Shown: positions 56,894 through 64,000 of the stretch, in pieces
Numbering within the stretch: position 1 is the first letter of the stretch
Layout: every line of letters begins with the position of its first letter
Assembly: GCA_000004695.1 (NCBI GenBank)
Contig: CM000151.3
Coordinates: forward strand, 2,816,001 to 2,880,000
Source: Dictyostelium discoideum
Taxonomy: Eukaryota
Direction: 5' to 3'
Length of the DNA: 64,000 nt
Translations under genes and position numbers: made by a program
The notes under the pieces: model-generated
The model's database searches: none
Told to the model about the DNA's origin: nothing
What the model saw: the letters and a program-made list of their open reading frames with translations, nothing else

Positions 56894-57953
56894 GAGTATT
56901 TGGATTATTTTGGTCATTAACACGATATAAGAAATCAGTTAATAAACCAGTACCAATTTTCTTTATTGAAGTTGCAGAATATTCTTGAAATTTTGAAGGT
57001 ATTTTATTAATTGATTGGCAAGGTTTACCCAACCTATCTACACCAGCCCAAGCAATAAAAGATTTAACTTGACAACCATTAATTGGTATTCCATCTCTAA
57101 TTAAAATCGGAGTAGAAGATGGTGTAGTTGTTGATGTGCCAGTAGTAGTTGTTGTTGTTGTTGTTGTACCATTAATTATTGTTGAATTTGATAATTTATC
57201 ATTATCTCTTAATTCATTACATTTCATATCCTTAACTTTTACACCACATTGAGAATCAATACATTGATCACACTGTTTTTCACACATACCAGGAATTCTA
57301 TCACCATCCCAAACAGCATCAACAATTTTACCATTCTCTAATTGAACAATAATTGTAAAATAATTTACAAATGATTGAGTTAAATTTGAAAATATATGTT
57401 TTGGTGGTAAAATTATTGGATACAATTTAAAAGTTTCAGTATTCACTATAACTTCTTTTGTATAATTTCCACTTGTATTATTTTTACAATCTGTATAATT
57501 TGTTAGAGTTTCCATTACACCAATACTATTATTAAATGTGCATGGAAATGTTTGATTCTCTCTAACACTTGTAAATGTTGAAATATTTTTTAAACCTGGG
57601 AATTCTGCCCAAACTGTATAATGCTCATTTTGAACCATGAAATTAGTATTTGGTATTTTTATTGTAGTGAATTCGTCAACTCTTGGATGATAATCTGTAG
57701 ACATTAATAATTTGCTTTTATTATTATGTATGAAAAATCTCATAAATGACCAATCATATCTTTGATACATTTTATTTGAATCATTAGTAATATTATTAAC
57801 TGTGAAATTTATACCTTGATTTAACATAAATGTTGTATCTATAATTTGTTTTGACCAAATTTTTGGTCCTTTAACAATTTGACTTTGATTTTTATTAATT
57901 ATTAAAAATATTAATAAAATTATTAAAAAATAAAAATTATAATTTAATTTCAT
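56889..57953 (-). CDS. Secreted, heavily N-glycosylation-site-rich hypothetical protein (354 aa) with poly-Thr linker
   Basis: Signal peptide MKLNYNFYFLIILLIFLIINKNQS. More than 15 NxS/T sequons. Cys cluster 'CEKQCDQCIDSQCGVKVKDMKC'. A Thr run precedes the C-terminal domain. Confidence 0.6.
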
Positions 57954-58425
57954 TATTTTTAAAAATAAATTTAAATATTATTATAAATAAAAAAAAAAAA
58001 AAAAAAGAAAAAAAAAAAGAAAGAAACTATTATTTTATCAATGTGTGTTGTATATGTAGAGTGAAAAAGAAATATGTGTTATTATTTTTTATTTTTATTT
58101 TTTTATTTTTTTTTTTAAATGATTAATTATTTTATTTTTTATTTATTTAATTTTTTTTTTTATTTTTAATTGTTTTGAATTTATTTATTTTTTTTTTTTT
58201 TTATTTGTAAGTGTGTGAAATTATTGTGTGTTTAAAAAAAAACATTACAAATTTGGGTGTGTTTGTTTTAATGTTAGATTTAAAAATTAGCCATCTATTT
58301 TTAACCGTTGATCAGAATAAAAAAAAAAAAAATAAAAAAATAAAAAAACCATAAAAATAAAAAGGTTTATTTTTTTTTTTTTTTTTTTAATTAACTATTA
58401 TTTATATTAATATCTATATTTTTTT

Positions 58426-59405
58426 TTATTTTTTATTTTTATCCTCCAATAAAGATTTAGTTAATTTTTTTAAAGTTTCAACTTCATTTGGAGTTGATAA
58501 ACCAGATGATTTCCAACGAATTTTACCATCAACAACTAAAAATATATATGATGAATATGGATTTGTAACACCAAAATCTTCAAAAATTGTATTTGATTCT
58601 GAAAAAAAAAAAAAAAAAAAAAAAGATTAGTATTATATAAATTTAAAATAATAATAATAATAATTAATAAAAATAATAATAATTTACTTTTAATTGCCAT
58701 TGGTAAATTATACCAAGATTCTGTAAGATCATTATTCTTTCCTTTACGAGTACTTTTTAAAAGGGGTGATAAAATTTGATAACCTAATTGTGAAACCAAA
58801 AATATACTATGAATATCCAATTGTGGGAATTCCTTTTTAAATGGTTCAGACCAACTTTTTATAAATTTATCAGCATGAAATGGTTTAACTGAAACGATTA
58901 ATAATGATGGATCATTATTATCTTTATTTAAACAATTTGGAAATTCCAATTTATTACCATCCAAATCTTTTGTTTTAATTTGTGGTACAACTTCTGCTTG
59001 TGATTCATTAATTAAATTTGGTGATCCAACAAAAACTTTCATTGTTGGATTTTTCATAAATTCTTTAACATCCCATAAAACACCATCTTCTAATTCTTTT
59101 TTACTTTTTTTTTTTTAAATTTATTTTTTTTTTTTTTTTTTAAAAAAAAACTAACTATTAATATTAATTCAAAAATAATAATTAATAATAATAATTAATT
59201 ATAATAATTACACTCTTCTTTTTTGTTGAGTATCTGCATTTTCTTTATAATATTTAAATGGATTTAAAAAATTTTTCCAAGACGACATATTCCTAATTTG
59301 TTGTTGTTGTTGAAAAATAACATTTTTAGTAGTATTATTTAGTAAACTTTTAGAAACAATTCCATTTAAGGATTTACATGAATTAATTAATCTATTAGTA
59401 ATCAT
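58426..59405 (-). CDS. Putative mitochondrial ATP10-family protein (F1Fo-ATP synthase assembly factor-like); 3 exons: 59212..59405, 58688..59103, 58426..58598
   Basis: Exon 1 is MITNRLINSCKSLNGIVSKSLLNNTTKNVIFQQQQQIRNMSSWKNFLNPFKYYKENADTQQKRR, presequence-like. Exon 2 is ...KKELEDGVLWDVKEFMKNPTMKVFVGSPNLINESQAEVVPQIKTKDLDGNKLEFPN...SLLIVSVKPFHADKFIKSWSEPF...SIFLVSQLGYQILSPLL...NLPMAIK. Exon 3 is SNTIFEDFGVTNPYSSYIFLVVDGKIRWKSSGLSTPNEVETLKKLTKSLLEDKNKK*. Intron borders are GTGTAA/aaaaag and GTAAAT/ttttcag with consistent phases. The ATP10 family call is from memory of the family's C-terminal 'V(Y/F)LVD..GKIRW...G' block and is tentative. Confidence 0.5.
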
Positions 59406-59743
59406 TTTAGTTTTGATCAAAAGAATAAAATAAAAAAAAAAATAAAAATTAAAAAAAAAATAAAAAAAATAAAAATTAAGAAAAAATGAAAAAAAGTGAA
59501 AAAACGAATTTTGAAAATAATTATTTTAAAATTAGATGTTTTTTTTTTTTTTTTATTATTATTCATTTAAAAATCAACTTAATAATTTTGAAAGATGATA
59601 TTAGTTATTTTGTTTTGTTTTTTTTTTTTGTTTTGTTTTGTTTTGTTTGTTTTGTTTTTTTAATCTATACAAATATTGATTGTACAATTTTAATTTACTA
59701 GTTGAAATATTAATTTACTAGTAATTTTAAAATTGATGACATG

Positions 59744-59777
<34 letters not shown>

Positions 59778-59788
59778 TTAATTATTAT

Positions 59789-61262
59789 TTAAATATTAAT
59801 TGAATTACTATTATAATTTGAACTAAATTCATATTGACCATTTTGATTTATATTTGGTTCAGAATTTTCAGAATCAGAATAATCTGAACTTTCAAAGAAT
59901 TCAATAAGTTCGAAAGCTTTCTTGTAAACATCTTTTGATTGATGCTCTTGAAGATCATAAATGATGGATTCACCTTGCATTTCAGAGATCAAGTTAACGT
60001 ATGGATTAACACCAGTTTTAGTTTTAGTTTTTTCACCTTCTTTAATGATATTGATTAAACCTTCCAAGACGATTTTAAGGATAACTAAATCTTGAGAGTT
60101 TAATAAATCGATAAAATGTTTCAAGATATTGTGACGAACCAAGGTTTGAATTGATTTAGTTGATGAATTATTGGTAGAGTTTGATAAAGCCCAACATGCT
60201 TCACGTTTAATGTCATGTTCACTGTGGGAGAGAAGACTGATCAAGGTTGTCACTGTCTTTGGATTTGATACGACAACATCGATTTGTGATGGTTCACCAG
60301 CGGTGATATTTGATAATGCCCAACATGATTCTTTACGAATGGATTTCTTTTGAACGGCCAAGAGACGAGTGATCAATTCAACACCATTATTATCGATGAC
60401 TATTTGAGTTTGGCTAGATTCACCAGTGACAATATTACCAACGGCACGTAATGCTGGTGTGAAAACGATACTATCTGGATATTCCAATAGTTTGACCAAT
60501 CTTGGTACGACACCACTATCGATGACGGCTTGAATCTTTGTATTTGGACCATCACAGAGGTAAGATAATGCCCAACATAAATCACCATAGATTTCACTTG
60601 GAAGATTTTCAATTCTGATCAACTCGTTGATTGCTGGTAAACATTGACTAACCACAGAGAAATCTGGTTGTGGTTTACCACGACACAAATTTGAAATTGT
60701 CCAGACAACATTTTGAATTAGACCAATTTTACGCTCGGAATTGGCTGAGGTGGTGGTGGCACCATTATCTTCACCATAGTGTAGCAATGGAATTAAAGCA
60801 TTCATTGCACCATATTTCAAGAGATAGTTTCTTGAATCAACTGTATCACCTGCAATATTACCCAATGCCCAAGCACATTGTTCCTTAACTTCATCGGTAG
60901 TTTCTGCACATAATAACTGAATAAAGATTGGTACGGAACCACTTTCCATCACAGTTTGAGTTTGTCTATTATTACCAGATGCAATATTGGTCAATGCCCA
61001 TGCTGATTCAAATTGTACCTTTGGATTATTACATTGTAAGAGTTGATTCAATTTTGGTATAATACCACATTCAATAACTTGATCAATTGGTGGATAAGCA
61101 TGAATTGATAATAACTTTCTAAATTGTACTAATGATGAATAAACATATGCTTGATCGTTTGAATTTAATGCTGTAACTAATCCTGGTAAATTTTTAATCT
61201 ATTAAAAAAAAAAAAAAATAAAAAATAAAAAATAAAAAAAAAAATCGAGAAATTAATATGTG

Positions 61263-61344
<82 letters not shown>

Positions 61345-61605
61345 GATTCTATTATGATTTACCTTATTTTCCATAGTTTCATTTTCATATTTTTGGAATT
61401 GTTCTTGAACTTCTGGTGGAACGATAATTTGATAAGAAGTTGAAGGATTTGGTTGAACGATACCACGTCTCTTTAACATTAACTCTTCTCTAGCATTTTT
61501 TCTAATACCAATTGAGTTTTCTTCTCTCTTTCTTCTTGCTGTTTCACTATCGAGTGATTTTTTAAATTCTTTCTTTCTACTATCTTGTTTATCTCTTGAT
61601 GACAT
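59789..61605 (-). CDS. Importin subunit alpha (karyopherin alpha): IBB domain + ARM repeats; 2 exons: 61363..61605, 59789..61198
   Basis: Exon 1 IBB: 'RKKEFKKSLDSETARRKREENSIGIRKNAREELMLKRR', ending MENK|GTAAAT. The acceptor taatag at 61199 is phase 0, continuing IKNLPGLVTALNSNDQAYVYSSLVQFRKLLSIHAYPPIDQVIECGIIPKLNQLLQCNNPKVQFESAWALTNIASG... (ARM repeats, 'WALSNI' repeated). About 550 aa. Confidence 0.9.
61267..61340 (+). repeat. Poly(T) homopolymer about 74 nt in the importin-alpha 5' flank
   Basis: Uninterrupted T-run immediately upstream (on the minus strand) of the importin-alpha start region. Confidence 0.9.
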
Positions 61606-61817
61606 TTTTTTTATTTTTTTTTTTTTTTATTAATTTATATATCTATTGTTTATAAGTAATGTGCAATTGGAATAAAGGAAAATTAGGTATGAAGTGTAAA
61701 TAAAATAAAAAAAAATAAATAAAAAATAAAAAATAAAAAATAAAAAATAAAAAATAAAGTAAAGTTATGGTAAGACTAATTAGTTTATTGAAATGTTTAT
61801 TTAAATTTGGTAGTGTT

Positions 61818-61851
<34 letters not shown>

Positions 61852-62321
61852 TAGACCATATTCCAAAACTAAACTATATAGATTATCACTTACTGTTTAA
61901 ATTATTTGTGTTTTTATTTATTTATTTTTTTTTGTTATGTTTGTTTGTGAACTATGAAAAAAAAAAAAATTTTGAAATAAAAAGAAAAAACTTTTTTTTT
62001 TTTTTTTGGCCCATTTAAATAAAAAAAATTTTAAAATCAATTCCGTTATTTAGCGCACTTTTTTGTTGTTGGAGGTGGTTTAAATTCAAATTTCAAAAAA
62101 AAATTTCTAATAATTATTTTTTTTCACTGTTTAACAGCAAATTTATTTTATTTTTTAATTTATTTTAATTTTTTTAAATTGTGCATATTAAAAAAAAAAA
62201 AAAACAATACCAAACATTTATTTGATATTTTGATACTGTTTTATTTGCTATTGTTTTTTTTTTTTTTTTGTCTTAAATAAATATTATTATTGAAATTATT
62301 TGATATTGTTTTTATAAACAA

Positions 62322-62322
62322 A

Positions 62323-62365
<43 letters not shown>

Positions 62366-62520
62366 ATATATAGATAAACAAACAACAAATAGATAAAAAA
62401 ATAAAATATAATAAAATAAAAAAAATAAATAAATAAATAAAATAAAATAAAATAAAATAAAATAAAATAAAATAAAATAAAATAAAATAAAATAAAATAA
62501 AATAAAATAAAATAAAATAA
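62322..62520 (+). repeat. Compound microsatellite: (TAAA)n about 10 units then (AAAAT)n about 16 units
   Basis: 'aaataaataaataaat...' 62322..62362 and 'aaaataaaataaaat...' 62440..62520. Confidence 0.9.
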
Positions 62521-62744
62521 AGCAATAACTAATATTTTTTTATAATTTTAGAATCATCAAAAATATTTACAGTTGATTTGATGGAAGGGAAAATATTGGA
62601 GTTCAGCAACCAACCAAACGGAACAATTAGTAAAACGTGCAGTATCAAGAATGTTTTTGGGTTGAGGAGAATAAACTACAACAAATTTTTTTTTTAAAGA
62701 AAATATACTTACATGAAAAAATGAATATTTGAATTATTTAATTG

Positions 62745-62803
<59 letters not shown>

Positions 62804-63173
62804 AGTATAAATTAAAATTAATTAATTACATTTATAAAAAAAATAAATAAACATTTTCTTTGTTTGTTTGATTTAAAATTTAACCTAAAATTTTAGGATG
62901 ATCCAGAGGAATTAAAGGTGTATTTGATGGATGGAAAATGTTGGAATTCAGCAACCGATCAAATGTTACAATTAGCATACCAATTAAAGAATGTTTTGGT
63001 TTGAATAGAATAAATTACAACTTTTTTTTTTTTAAAAAAAATGTATATATATAAACATATAAAAAAAATATCTAAATAATTAAAAAAAAAAAAACTGATT
63101 ATATTAAAATTATAAAAAAAAAAAAAGGAAAAAAATAAACATTTTCTTTATTTGTTTTAATTTAAATTTTGCA

Positions 63174-63244
63174 CTAAAATTTTCTTTTTTTAAATGGACC
63201 AGTATCTTCACGAGGATCATCATTTTTATTTCTATTTGTTTCTA

Positions 63245-63278
<34 letters not shown>

Positions 63279-64000
63279 ATTATTATTAAAATTATTATCT
63301 TCATCATCTCCATCAAAAATTAATTCACCATCGTCATATTCAGAGGTATCATATGATTCATCTTCATACTCTTCATCATCAAATGAATGATTTTGAAATG
63401 TAGTTGAAGTTGAGGTGGTTGTAGATGAAGATATGTTATTATTATTATTATTATTGATGTTGTTTTTATTAATAATATTATTAATATTATATTTACTGTT
63501 ATCACTATTATTATTTCCATCACTATTTCCATTATTATTATTATTATTACTATTATTATTGCTATTATTATTATTATTGCTATTATTATTATTGCTATTA
63601 TTATTGTTATTATTATTATTGATATTAATATTAATATTATTTTTATTATTATTATTATTATTATTATTAATATCATGATTTCTATTTGATTGTCTTCTTT
63701 GTTGTGGACTTGTTACTTTTTTATCTTTTTTTCTACTTTTTGTAATTCTTTTATCAGATTCAAATAAATTCTTTTTAAATTGATAAAAAAAAGTTAAATC
63801 GTCATTATCTAAATCTTTCTTTTGAATATGAACATTTGTTAACCATTGTAAATTTTTAAAATCGATTTCAATGAAACGTTGATCCAACCGATAATTACCA
63901 GTAATTCCCCATAACCCATATAATCTACCAAAATATTTATCAATTGTCATCCTATGTGATTCAAATTCTTTTAAATTATCATTTATATTTATTATTCTCA
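63174..64000 (-). CDS. Asn-rich hypothetical protein, 3' part; reading frame is still open at the window edge, so the true 5' end may lie beyond position 64000
   Basis: ORF 63174..63950 (MTIDKYFGRLYGLWGITGNYRLDQRFIEIDFKNLQWLTNVHIQKK...poly-N...FDDEEYEDESYDTSEYDDGELIFDGDDED...DDPREDTGPFKKRKF*). The same frame has no stop between 63951 and 64000. Confidence 0.5.

Overview
This window is eukaryotic nuclear DNA, almost certainly Dictyostelium discoideum. It is about 78% A+T, with long (AAT)n/(CAA)n tracts that encode poly-Asn/poly-Gln, long A/T homopolymers between genes, and short AT-rich GT..AG introns. The Skp1 protein encoded here matches my recollection of the D. discoideum Skp1 sequence throughout. 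The window is not prokaryotic. I see no CRISPR array, operon or defence island, and the many direct repeats are microsatellites.

The supplied ORF track uses bacterial-style TTG starts and includes stop codons in its coordinates. Many of its ORFs are exons that I rejoined across introns by hand.

I can support about 28 protein-coding genes:
- Central metabolism and chaperone: G6PD (3 exons) and a cytosolic Hsp70.
- DNA repair: Rad51 (3 exons).
- Ubiquitin pathway: Skp1 (2 exons) and a Cbl-like TKB+RING E3 ligase (candidate cblA).
- RNA processing and transport: Cwc15 (2 exons), Dcp2 decapping enzyme (3 exons), importin-alpha (2 exons) and a SpoU/TrmH-type RNA methyltransferase.
- Signalling: a Roco LRR/Roc/COR/kinase protein (2 exons) and an FNIP-repeat pseudokinase (3 exons).
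- Secreted or membrane proteins: a Psi-like PA14 + Cys-rich-repeat protein, two other secreted proteins, a tail-anchored protein and a small single-pass protein.
- Mitochondrial assembly: an ATP10-like factor (3 exons).
- Several Asn-rich hypothetical proteins.
- A three-member family of small paralogous genes that share an unusual exon structure.

Non-genic content:
- A tandem array of truncated, poly(A)-tailed non-LTR (TRE-like) retroelement 3' ends, carrying a GC-rich 62-bp insertion.
- Several inverted and direct repeats in gene-poor AT-rich spacers.
- G-rich boxes upstream of genes that may be promoter elements.

I found no tRNA or rRNA gene that I could defend. I found no prokaryote-type system. 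The most novel content is the uncharacterised lineage-specific gene family and the repeat structures. All coordinates were derived by hand translation, so exon boundaries may be off by 1–2 nt.
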